This document shows positions 52,540 through 64,000 of a stretch of DNA of 64,000 bases, piece by piece. Within the stretch, counting starts at the first letter, position 1; each line of letters opens with the position of its first letter. The notes beneath the pieces are model-generated. The model was not told the origin of the DNA and searched no databases. It worked only from the letters and a program-made list of their open reading frames with translations. The position numbers and the translations under genes are program-made. This DNA is from Octopus vulgaris. Lineage: Eukaryota. The DNA lies in contig OX597818.1 of the NCBI GenBank assembly GCA_951406725.2, forward strand, positions 63,550,001-63,614,000, written 5' to 3'.

Positions 52540-54564
52540 TATCAAATAAAACTGCGATATCTCTAAGCATGTGTGTGTGTGTTTGTTTGGTTGTGTGTGT
52601 GTGCTTGTGCGTGTGTTTGTGTTGCGTGTGCTTGTGTGTGTGTTTGTGTGAGTAAAGGAGCGAGAGAGAGAGAGAGAGAGAGTTTTTTATGCTGACTGGC
52701 GTTCACGCACAGTTGCATACACACACAAGCATATATATTTGTATATTCCAACGCTAGAAATATCCTGTGAAATGAAACCTTACATGTCCATATGTTCAAA
52801 AATGTGTGTTTTTTTCTGGAGAGATGATGAAGGGTGAAATTGTATTTACAACAATTCATACGCTAAACGTTGGTTGCTCGCACAGTGCAGCGCGCTTGAT
52901 ACTTTTAGATTATATTCCCAAACATCATTAGCGAATACTTTCTAAACAGCTGTATACAGACAATGGTCATCCAGAGTAATTGTCTGTTGATCAGGTGTCC
53001 TGGGTATTGCTGGACATTTTAACTGAAATAAAATCAATAAAACTGTTAATTCATCATCTACGTGAATCTAACATAACGTTTGTGTTTGTAGAGTCTAAAA
53101 ACGTATCTTATTATTATGTTGAAAAGCAAATTACATTGAAATAGTAATTCCTAAGTTTCACCCTTGAGCAACGTCTCTTTATAGTGATTTAGTAAAAGCA
53201 ACCATGAAATAAAGTTTAATAGGTCGGACGGTCTAATAGGGATGACAGACAAATCTTTTAAATCGCAACTTTTCAGAGCTACAGAAATACAGTTTTAGAT
53301 GGAATTACATTATTCTTATAACTTTTCGCTTTAGGGTGAGGCTTATCTCGGTCTAAACGACAGCATTAAAAAAAAATAAAAGAAATCGGAACATTCACAA
53401 TATATATTTTGTCAGAGATATGCGGTACCTCGAAGTAATGAATGATATTCTGCAATGGTACGTAAAGTGTTGCACCATAACCATATTATAGGGTGCTACG
53501 GGAACGTGAAGGATCTTGCATCTTTCTATTTAAAATCGTGCTTGAATAGATGTTACAACGAATTGTTTCCTACCTCGTATCTTTGGTGCACATTCAAAAA
53601 AGTCTACCCAACTTTCACAACGTGAGGAATGACTTTTGGCTCAGAAACGCAGAATTTTAAAGCTTGAAAAGTGTTGGAGAAATATTTGACTTGTTACATA
53701 AATCCCCTTTATTGTTTTTCATCTGGATAGTGTGACGATTTACTTTCAATGACTTATAGAATAAAAGATGTGGAGCGTGATCTTTATGCGTACGAGAATC
53801 CCTTCATGGTAATATTGAGATCAGGTTTTACTGCGAAACGTATAAATTATATCGCATATCTGTTCTTGTAATCGTTCACTTTTCTTATCAGTTTCTAGAG
53901 GACAAAATACAAACCAGTAATATAGTTTTATAAAGTTTAAAAGATAGCGTGATATATAATCACACTTGTCGAAAATAACATTCCTACATTATTTTAAATT
54001 GTTTGAACACACAAAAATGGAATGAAGCTTTGTTCCATGAACTCTGTCAGATATAAAATTACAATTTCGTATGCACATATACTCAGGAGATACAATGATT
54101 ATGACTCTGCCAACGTCATAACAAAAGAAATGTCATAATTTAGGAGGTCATACGAGTTATTATTTCTTGAAGCTAAACGCCAATCATTAACATGAAAGAG
54201 TACAACATACACAAAAACATCACCGAATTTTCGCTCACGGAAATATGAAATCTACTTCAGAACATTATTACCGTCGAAATAAGGTAGATGCTCACTTCTT
54301 ATGTGTGTTTTGTAGATCTTATTCTTTCTTTAAACCGATCAATATTAAAATGACAGTTGCGTTGTTCGTATTGATTTAAGACGATTGTAATTATTAACGT
54401 GCTCACAAAATATGCCGAATTCGATAAGTTTAATATTCTTATTCGAATGGAATGATAAAGATTCGAAAGTCGAATGCAGAAGCAGACCATTAAAGGTATG
54501 TGTCGATCTATGCAATGTGTAAAAGGCAAAGGTAACATAACATAAGCATATAATTTATATGTGC

Positions 54565-55000
54565 AAGGCGGCGAGCTGGCAGAATCGTTAGCACGCCGGG
54601 CAAAATGCTTCACGGCATTTCGTCTGCCGTTACGTTCTGAGTTCAAATTCCACAGAGGTCGACTTTGCCTTTCAGCTTTTCGGGATCAATAAATTAAGTA
54701 CCTGTTACGCACTGGTTTCGATAGAGTCGACTTAATCCCTTTGTCTGTACTTGTTTGTCCCCTCTGTGTTTAGCCCCTTGTGGGCAATAAAGAAATAAGA
54801 AACGCTAGCACGCGGGGCGAAATGCATAGCGGTATTTCATCTGTCTTACCGTTCTGAGTTCAAATTCCACCGAGGTCGACTTTGCCTTTCATCCTTTAGG
54901 GGTCGATTAAATAAGTACCAGTTACACATTGGGGTCGATGTATTCGACTTAATCCCTTTTTCTGTCCGTGTTTGCCTGCTGTATGTTTAGCCCCCTGTTG
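54565..55000 (+). mobile_element. Tandem dimer of SINE family A
   Basis: Two units joined at aagaaataagaaacgctagc. Confidence 0.88.
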
Positions 55001-55133
55001 GCAATAGCGGTTAGTCGAGTCCATCGACGCCAGTGTTCAACTGCCACATGTTTCATAATCCGCACGAAAGTTTAAAATCCAGGTTCGACCTATTAATGAT
55101 GATGATAGCGATGGTAACACTGATGCCACTATG

Positions 55134-55232
<99 letters not shown>

Positions 55233-55257
55233 CTTTCCATTAAAAATTATAATCATA

Positions 55258-55640
55258 GGCGAAGGAATGGCTATGTGGTAAGTAGCGTGCTTACCAACCA
55301 CATGGTTCCGGGTTCATTCCCACTGCGTGGCACCTTGGACAATTGTCTTCTGCCATAGCCTCAGGCCGACCAAAGTATTGTGAGTGGATTTGGTAGACGG
55401 GAACTGAAAGAAGCCCATCGTATATATGTGTATATATATGTATGTCTGTGTATATGTTTGTGTGTCTATGTTTGTCCCGCCAACATCGCTTGACAACCGA
55501 TGCTGGTGTGTTTACGTCCCCGTAACTTAGCGGCTCGGCAAAAGGGACCGATAGAATAAGTACTAGTCTTCCAAACAATATATCCTGGGGTAGCATGGCC
55601 TCAGTCAAATGACTGAAACAAGTAAAAGAGTAAAAGAGTA
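55258..55640 (+). mobile_element. SINE family C
   Basis: Head ggcgaaggaatggctatgtgg, tail gactgaaacaagtaaaagagtaaaagag. Confidence 0.9.
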
Positions 55641-55844
55641 TATAATATATATTTGAAATTTATTTGTTTATACCATCTTAGATTTTCGCATTTAGGTGTT
55701 TTATTGCTCGCCGTCTGAGCTGTACTGATCGTGTGCATGTTTAAATATTTAGTGAACTTCATCTTTCTTCCCGCATGTTTTGTTTTAACCCTAGTGTAAC
55801 CAGAAATAAAAACAAAGGTTTCCTTCTTGACACCATGCCCTTTA

Positions 55845-56145
55845 TCTGCTGCTGCTATGCAATGACACCGCCTTGAAGGACTTTATGTTGATTGAATCTA
55901 CACCAGTTCTAATATTTGTAAAGTCTTGTACTAATTCTACCGTCATCTTTTTGCCGAACCACTAGCTTGCTAGAACGTAAAAACACAAACACCAGTTGTC
56001 AAGCAGTGGCGTGGGATAAACTCAGACACAAAAACACACACACATACAGGTACATACGACGGTCTTCTTTTAGTTTCCATCTAACAAATTCACTTCTTAG
56101 GTTTTTGCTATACCCAAAAGCATAGGAGAACACACTTACCCAGGG
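55845..56145 (-). mobile_element. Diverged SINE family C
   Basis: tttttgccgaacc...cagttgtcaagc...tacgacggtcttcttttagtttcc. Confidence 0.6.
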
Positions 56146-56172
56146 CCTATCTGAAGTGAAATTTTAATTATA

Positions 56173-56739
56173 TTGAGTTGTCTGGAAAGTTCGTGCCGAT
56201 TTATAGTAGCTTACATTTCAACTTACTTTAGAACATGGTTGAGTCCATAAAATAAGTTTTGACTACACCTCCATTTAGACCACAGTTTAAGCTATCTTTT
56301 CGTGGAAGGAGATTTATGTTCCTATAGCCTGTGTTAATTCTGTAACCCTTTAAAATGGAAGATAAGAAAGTTCATTTTCGGCACTTAATGCTTTGGGAAC
56401 CAGACAAAAGTTGCTGCAGCTCGGCTGGAATATGTTACCCCATACTCCATATTCACCAGATATTGCTACTTCGGATTTCCACTTAGTCAGGTCTCTGCAG
56501 AATAGTGTTAATGGTAATAATTTCAATTCCTTGGATGACGTAAAAGGATACCTCAATGAATTATTTGCCATGAAACCACCTCAATTCTGGGAAGAGGATA
56601 TTTCCAAGTTAAAGGAAAGATGGCGAGGCATTGTGCAACAAAATGGTTCATATTTGGTCGATGAAAGATGTAATGGCAACTATTTACTGACCTTTTTCTT
56701 TTCCTTTAAAAATCGGCACGAACCTTCCGGACAACCCAA
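56173..56739 (+). mobile_element. Internally deleted mariner transposon
   Basis: About 30-bp TIRs, TA on both flanks, N-terminal MEDKKVHFRHLMLW (ATG 56355) joined out of frame to C-terminal LPHTPYSPDIATSDFHL...ERWRGIVQQNGSY. Confidence 0.92.
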
Positions 56740-57656
56740 TATTTCTAAAATTTGTGGTATCAAATTTTATGTCACCACGTTGGCTCATACCTAGTTGTTT
56801 TCGAGGCAAACTAAATTTAAGACAATTTTAGAAACAGGTATTCAAATAAATCTATTAGAAATACTTTAAAAATAAATTATCCCAAATAAATTTCCAAGCC
56901 AGCCAATAAATAGAATCAACCTAGCAAAATTACACTTTCCCGGCTTCCTTATCAGTATTTTTAAATCGTAGCATTTTCAGTTTTCACAATAATTGATTTA
57001 ACTTAATTAGCTGTAGAGAGCTCTAGGATATAAATTATCCCATATATTTCTAAAGAGCTGTCAGCAATTTCCTCTCTGAGAATATTTTCACAAATAATTA
57101 GTTATTCTAAATTACGTTTTGTTACGTAAGCTGTCTGTAAATCAAATTGTAAAAACTTGTTTTCTATAATGAATGTGAAGGGGTAATGAGGAACATATGT
57201 CAACAGATTACTATTAGTGAAACATGTGTACAAGGAATAGGTCGGGGTGATTTCAATTGTTTTAAATCACACAAAATTGAAAGTACACACGCACACATGC
57301 ATACACAAATATATCAACTGCTATTTCCAGCTAGCAATGGTACCGGGTGCCATTATTTCCTTCCTCTCTCTCTCTCTCTATAAATATATATACTTACATA
57401 TAAGAGACCAAAGTGTACATACGCCGCTATATTTTTATATATAAAACATACATAAATGGGACATGAACGCAAGGAATCCAGACCGTTTGGTGATACAAAA
57501 AAGGGACAACAAAAAACACATCAGACGATACAAAGAAAACAAGGATATGTCGTTCGGAGTTTTCTCTCCCCAGTCGAGTTCCAGATTATATTCGTAATTT
57601 CGAATGGTTATATACGAGATTGTCCCAATATGGCCAGCTCCAAGGAAAAACTAAGC

Positions 57657-57728
<72 letters not shown>

Positions 57729-57784
57729 TGTGTGTTTGTGTGTGCGAACTCACAAACATATATACCACATATACATATAGCTGC

Positions 57785-57842
<58 letters not shown>

Positions 57843-58033
57843 AGAGAGAAAGCTTCTCTGAGGTGTTCTACAGATGTTATGCATAAAGGCATAAAGATAT
57901 TCGCATAATACTTAATTAGTCGCTTCATCACACGTTATTTTATAGAGGTTTTTTACTGTATTTTATACAAATCTGAAAGGGAATGTTACTTTTCTTGTCT
58001 GTATGTCTGCTTAAATATATCTATCTCTTTCTC

Positions 58034-58074
<41 letters not shown>

Positions 58075-58102
58075 TTAAGAGGGTGCGTGCGTTGTCATAT
58101 AA

Positions 58103-59030
58103 TATATTAATAAATGAAATAAAACATATGCATATATATAAACATATATGTACGTACCTACATAGTAAGATTGTTCTGTATATCAAGTTTCGCCTTGATA
58201 TTAACTCTCACGCGCACTCTTCACCTTTCTGTCTCATCCCCATTCTTTGATCTTCTTTTTCCCCTACTTAACTTGTCTCTTCCTCTCTCTCTCATTCTTC
58301 ATTCTCTCTCTCCCCCTCACCATTCTTCATGGTCTCCTCGCACCATTCCCCTTCTTCTCTCCCTTCCTCTTACTCCTCCTCCCCCCTTCCCGTCGTCCAC
58401 CCGCGACGATACTTCCGCCCTGACTGCTAACTGTCTTTCTCGCCTGGCCTTCGAGGTAACTGGACGACTTTTCCTGCTCTCTCATCGTTCACAAAAAATT
58501 AGCGTTTGCAATACTTTGTTCGTTCGGCGTCAACAGCCCTTCTTATCTTGTTTTCCCTGTCCTGTCTTTTACTGTTATATATATTTTTTACTGTTTATAT
58601 ATTTTTTTACTGTTTTGTTACTGTTTATATTTTTGTACTGTCGTTACTGTCCTGTTTTTTTTACCATTTTTTTACCATTTTTTACCCCTCTGCGAAAAGA
58701 TCTCAGAATTTTAATTGATTTGCTTTTCGCAGGAAGGAAAGTTTCTTGTCCAAGATACGTCTCGCTTTAATCATTCGAAACGTAGAGTAGATGAAACCAT
58801 AGCGACTGAAGAAAGGGTTTTTTCGTTGTGTTAATTGTCCTGTACTCGATTTTTTGTTGTTTTTAAAAAAATGTCCAGTTCCTTTGGTTTGTGTCTATGT
58901 TTTCGTTTCTCTTTGTGTTCGACGTCCCTTTGGTGTCCTGTACTCATATATGCGTGTATATGTACATGTAGAGGTAGGTACGTACATATATGTTTATATA
59001 TATGCATATGTTTTATTTCATTTATTAATA
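58103..59030 (+). mobile_element. Family F Penelope-type repeat with an inverted terminal copy
   Basis: About 58105-58161 is the reverse complement of 58974-59030; homologous to 14301-15090. Confidence 0.55.
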
Positions 59031-59053
59031 TATATATATATATATAAATACAT

Positions 59054-59092
<39 letters not shown>

Positions 59093-59623
59093 CATATATT
59101 AACCTATATATCTATCTACCTATATATGTCTGCGTGCATATGGGTGTGTATCATTGCGCTCGCGTATATGCGTAGAAGCATGTGTGAGTGGTGAAAGCCT
59201 GGCAGATCGGCCAGAGGGAGAAAAAACCCAATAAAGAGGAAAAGAACGAAAGACAGTGAAAAAAAGACAAACAGAAAGGAGAAAGAATATAAGAGACCAA
59301 GAGGGGTCATTCTCTTTTTTTTCCTTCTTACTACGTTGGGATTTATTGTGCTTTTATGGTCAGTAGTTTCAGAGGAGTTTGTAGTTAATGATGTTTCAAG
59401 ATGTCAATTTCGTTCTTTTGAAGGCATTTGTCTCACATTCGCTCTGTGTATGCATGTGTGAGTAAGTCTGTTCGTGTAGTGATTTATTTATCTATTTATT
59501 TATGTTGTGGTCTTTCTCTAAGGAACAGTGAAGATGGACAGAAAGGAAAATGTGACAAGGGAGAAAGAAAGAGAAAATAAAATAAAAGGAAGAAAAACAA
59601 GAAAAAAGCAAAGAAGGAAACCC

Positions 59624-59765
59624 GACCGTATGAATACAATACCATTTAGATGAGGCCAGTTTCTCTCTTTCTTCCCCTCGCTCCTTTTTTTTTTTTTATG
59701 AGAAAGAAAGGGGGAAAGAAAAAGAGAAACAGGCTTCATGTAAACGGTATTGGATTCATACGGTC
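59624..59765. repeat. Imperfect hairpin with about 55-bp arms
   Basis: gaccgtatgaatacaataccatttagatgaggcc... pairs with ...ggcttcatgtaaacggtattggattcatacggtc. Confidence 0.85.
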
Positions 59766-59767
59766 AG

Positions 59768-59942
59768 CTAGTTCTCGGGGGAGATTCAGCGTGACACAGA
59801 ATGTGACAAGGCTGACCCTTTGAAATACAGGTACAACAGAAATAGGAAGAGAGAGTGAGAAAAATTTGCGGTGAAAGAGTACAGTAGGGATCGCCATCCA
59901 CCCAGCAGCCGGAAAATGTGGAGCTTTAGGTGCTTTCGCTCA
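59768..59942 (-). mobile_element. SINE family D internal fragment
   Basis: Homologous to about 18250-18422. Confidence 0.8.
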
Positions 59943-60097
59943 AAATATATATATATAATTTAGTTCTCCGTAAGCAATGTGCACCAACAGTGAAAACTTT
60001 ATCTGCCATTGAATACGACTGAGAGTGTTAGAAACACTCACGTTGCTAGAAATAATTGCTAAACGCTCTAATGCTGCAGTTAAACCACATAATTGTA

Positions 60098-60286
60098 TAC
60101 TCTTTTACTTATTTCAGTCATTTGACTGTGGCCATGCTGGAGCACCACCTTTAGCCGACCAAATCGACCCCGGGACTTATTCTTTGTAAGCCCAGTACTT
60201 ATCCTATCGGTCTCTTTTGCCGAACCGCTAGTTGACGGGGACGTAAACACACCAGCATCGGTTGTCAAGCAATGCTAGGGGGACAA

Positions 60287-60319
<33 letters not shown>

Positions 60320-60490
60320 CATATATACGGCAGGCTTCTTTCAGTTTCGTCTACCAAATCCACTCACAAGGCATTGGTCGGCCCTGGGCTATAGCAGAAG
60401 ACACTTGCCCAAGATGCCACGCAGTGGGACTGAACCCGAAACCATGTGGTTGGTTATCAAGCTATTTCCCACACAGCCACTCTTGCGCAT
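60098..60490 (-). mobile_element. SINE family C
   Basis: Homologous to 12694-13106. Confidence 0.9.
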
Positions 60491-60837
60491 ATATATACAT
60501 TTTCACGGGGACAGTATCACCCGAAAAGCAGTGGTGGAGATATTCCCAGACTGATCGGTCAGTTTCGTTTTTTTTTCATCTCTAGTGAAACCGGCCCGAC
60601 TCGGCTCTTCTCGGACCATGATCACTCCCAGCATATATGTCTAAACCGTAGAAATGTATTGATTATTTAGAGAATCGCTAATGTTTATAAAAAAATTTAC
60701 TTCAGGCAGCGGTAGGTAATGTGTATTAAAAAAGAAAACTATAGCGTTCATTAAGTATGTGTTAGAAACATCTATGTTGCTAGAACATATGAGCTAACCG
60801 CTCTTACGCTGCGGTCATAAATGTATTATTTACTAAA

Positions 60838-61184
60838 GGGTAAGGGTAAAGACCCCCTTCGGTCATGAATGACCATGGGATTGCACCTAGAAAGTTACCC
60901 TCCTAGACACAAGTTCGGGCGAGGTTGTTTATGGAAGACCAGCAGTCGCCCATGCATACCAGCCTCTCTTCTCCATGCCACTGATGTTATCCAAGGGAAA
61001 GACAAAGGTCGATACAGCTTGGCACCTGTGACGTCGCAACTCATTTCTACAGCTGAGTGAACTGGAGCAACGTGAAATAAAGTGCCTTGCTCAAGAACAC
61101 AACACGCAGCCCGGTCCGGGATTCGAGCTCACAACCTCACGATCGTTAGCTCGACGCTCTAACCACTGAGCTATGCGTCTTCAC
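60838..61184 (-). mobile_element. SINE family B, long-tail variant
   Basis: Homologous to 33559-33897; flanked by attatttacta on both sides. Confidence 0.9.
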
Positions 61185-61389
61185 ACATTATTTACTACAC
61201 TGAATAAAATCGTAGATTAGAACTAAAGCATAAAATACTGATTATCTCAAACAAGTCTCCACATATATGTATGAGTGTGTAAAGATATTTACAAAACGCG
61301 CTTCATGCACGGTTTAAATCACTGTCACGTGTAATTATGAACTGACACGTACTCACTTATGTACACACATATGGATATATGTGAACATC

Positions 61390-61695
61390 ATGTGACCATC
61401 ACGTGACCGACCAGGCTATCAGATGTAGTTACACATCGCTGGTCACAATGCGTTCTCATTGTTTTAGCCTTCGAATGACGCCACCCCGCTGGCTAAGCGA
61501 GCAGGCCAACAGAAGAAAGAGTGGGAGAAAGAGTGGTGAAAGAGTACAGCAGGGATCACCACCCCCTGCCGGAGGCTCGTGGAGCTTTTAAGTGTTTTCG
61601 CTCAATAAACACTCACAAAGCCCGGTCTGGGAATTGAAACCGCGATCCTACGTCCGCGAGTCCGCTGCCCTAACAACTAGGCCATTGCGCCTCCA
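61390..61695 (-). mobile_element. SINE family D head with a third tail type
   Basis: Head ggaggcgcaatggcctag...gcggtttcaattccc; diverges from the 18131 copy after the ctctttcaccac block. Confidence 0.85.
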
Positions 61696-64000
61696 CATAT
61701 GTGAGCATATGCATGCATATATGTGTGTATGGGATTGTGTATGTGTGTGTGTATGTGTGTATTTATACATGTATCATTAGTTCTGTGAAGATTTTGGGTG
61801 AGAACAAGTGTTCTGACCCTTGACTATCAACGTTTTATGATTTCAATATCTGAATTGTATCACTTCATTTTATCATGCGGCTATTGGGAGGTTTCTCCAT
61901 TTATAGAAAAGTTATTAAACTACTGATTTAATATGATATAGTTTTACTTATATCTAAACAAGGAAATTAATTTATTCTCTATAGGTTTCCAATTCTCAAT
62001 TACACATGACCAACGGAAAACGATATTCAATTTAAATTTGCGTGTGTCTTAGAGCACGGTATAATTTCTTCACTAATCTATCAATCATTAACGAATCCCA
62101 ACGACGCTCCGTCATTTCACGTATCCTACCCATATAATTAGAAATAGTGAATTAATATTCATCTCTATAGAATTTGTAGTAACATCTAGTTGCGTATAAC
62201 CCTATATTAATTGGAATTTAGAATAGCATCGATATGATTTTCCCAAAAAAAATTATATATTTTGAAATAATTAACATCATGGGACATCTCTCAAAACAAT
62301 GCGTACATTTTGCGGTTTCTATTTAGAATTAATATCGTTGCATGTACTCCGTTAATGACCATCAGTGAAAGAAATAACAAGTTTCACTTTCTCCCCTCGG
62401 AAAATATAGCGTAATATCCCGCAGGTTTCTCTATTATTTCTCCTAAATGATTTGTATCTTAAAATTAAAATGCAAAATATTTATAAAACTTGTCAAATAT
62501 ACTCCCAGAAGGAAATACATACAGGTAGGTACACTGTTACAGAAATAACGAGAAATGATGAAATATCTGAGAATGAGAATCTAATCATTCGTCTTCTAGC
62601 CATTTGAACATCAACATTTATTTCAGCAACATATTACCAATATATCTTTTCTTTTATGTTTTGTGGTGGATATGTTGATAGCCTCATTAATTATTCATAT
62701 ATTATACAGATCTAAGCTTGAATCAAAATTTCTCCGCATAATTTCAACTATTTTGCATCAATTATCTTGCATTCGCTAAAAGATTCTAATATTTCTCTTC
62801 ACTTCAATGTAGAGTTTCTGTTACAACAAACAATACTGCGGTGGATACGAGAAAAGATCTCATATTGGCTTCTATTTTGTGTTTTTGTGGACGAGACCAA
62901 GGAAGGATTAAATTACGTGATTTGGGACTCTCGGCTTCTGTGGATGGCAGGAATTTTTTTACCCTGTTACTAACAACAGTGTATTTTCAACCACAAGCTA
63001 ACATGAGAGTTATTTTCATGGTATCTACTGCAGTGTAACTTGTTCGAATGGAATATGCACTTTTAACTGGAGATAAAAATTACCGCTTGTTACACTGCCC
63101 CTGTTGCTAATATATATTGTTACTAATGTGTTCCCTGTAAGTTTCAAGTTGCATATAATATTGATGTATGAGTGTTATAAGAGGAACGTCAAATATTTTA
63201 ACGGTGCAAACTTTTTTCAAAAAAACACACTCACACTCAAATTCAAGTGTGCATATAGGGACATACAGCTTTGAAAACAAACATATTGAATATAGACAGT
63301 GAGTAAATATTAAATCTGTGCTTAGAAAGTTCCTGTTTTAATCATAACCGTGTGATAAGACCTTGGATTATCTGGAATTATTGGATACATATTCAGAATT
63401 TCAATAAAACGCAATTTATCAGAATCCCAATTCACAGGTTCTTTGCATTCAAAAAGACCAGTTGAACCAATATATAAATATTTTATATAATGTGTTGTTT
63501 GAAGGCATGAAATATCTCCCAATTCTATGGTATAACAATCTATGATATATTTCAGTTCGAAGCACGCCTACATAATATGTAAGAGATAATTAACGAATAC
63601 TATTCTCGGTGGCATCTTACAGAAAATATTTTCAATATTTTGGAACACATACGAGAAGATAACTTAGGCACCAATGTAATTTATGAAATATTAAATATAA
63701 TGAAAATATATTCTTCACTCGATTTAAAATAGAATTATTTAAGTGAAGCGAGAATCAGAAAATACTTAAGCAAAAATTTAAAATTCAACACAAATATATT
63801 TACGCTGCACAGAATCCGTTTTGATATTACGGTTGATATAGTATTTGAAGATAATGTTTGTTCTCTAATATACATCTGTAATCTAATTATAAATTTTACT
63901 TTCTGATGGTGGTTGTATGCTTCAAATATGCAAATATATTATACCCATTTCTTGAGGACATCTTATTTAGGAAACGAAAACGGAAAACATAACAAAAAAA

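Noticed and set aside
62841-63038. Kinase-like GRIKLRDLGLS motif
   Set aside because: No HRD or APE motifs at proper spacing and no convincing splice frame; likely chance.

Overview
AT-rich, microsatellite-saturated eukaryotic DNA with no intact long gene. The repeat content resembles coleoid cephalopod (most likely Octopus) intronic or intergenic sequence; this assignment is an inference. Most ORF-track entries are microsatellite or SINE artefacts. Recognisable content: (1) many copies of about five tRNA-derived SINE families, some in tandem multimers, some with long TSDs and swapped tails; (2) decayed R4/Dong-type RLE LINEs next to (TAA)n; (3) a 2.2-kb palindromic Merlin-like element with an 8-bp TSD inside one of those LINEs; (4) CR1-type LINE 3' ends, one sharing its tail with a SINE; (5) a Penelope-like GIY-YIG remnant and several Penelope-type short repeats carrying minimal hammerhead-ribozyme motifs, including a tRNA-headed SINE with a hammerhead tail; (6) an internally deleted mariner, two non-autonomous Helitrons and a Tigger-like MITE; (7) several long hairpins and a few orphan exon candidates, one with a single in-frame UAG. 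SINE family letters (A-G) are my own labels, and repeat boundaries are approximate unless a TSD or TIR defines them.
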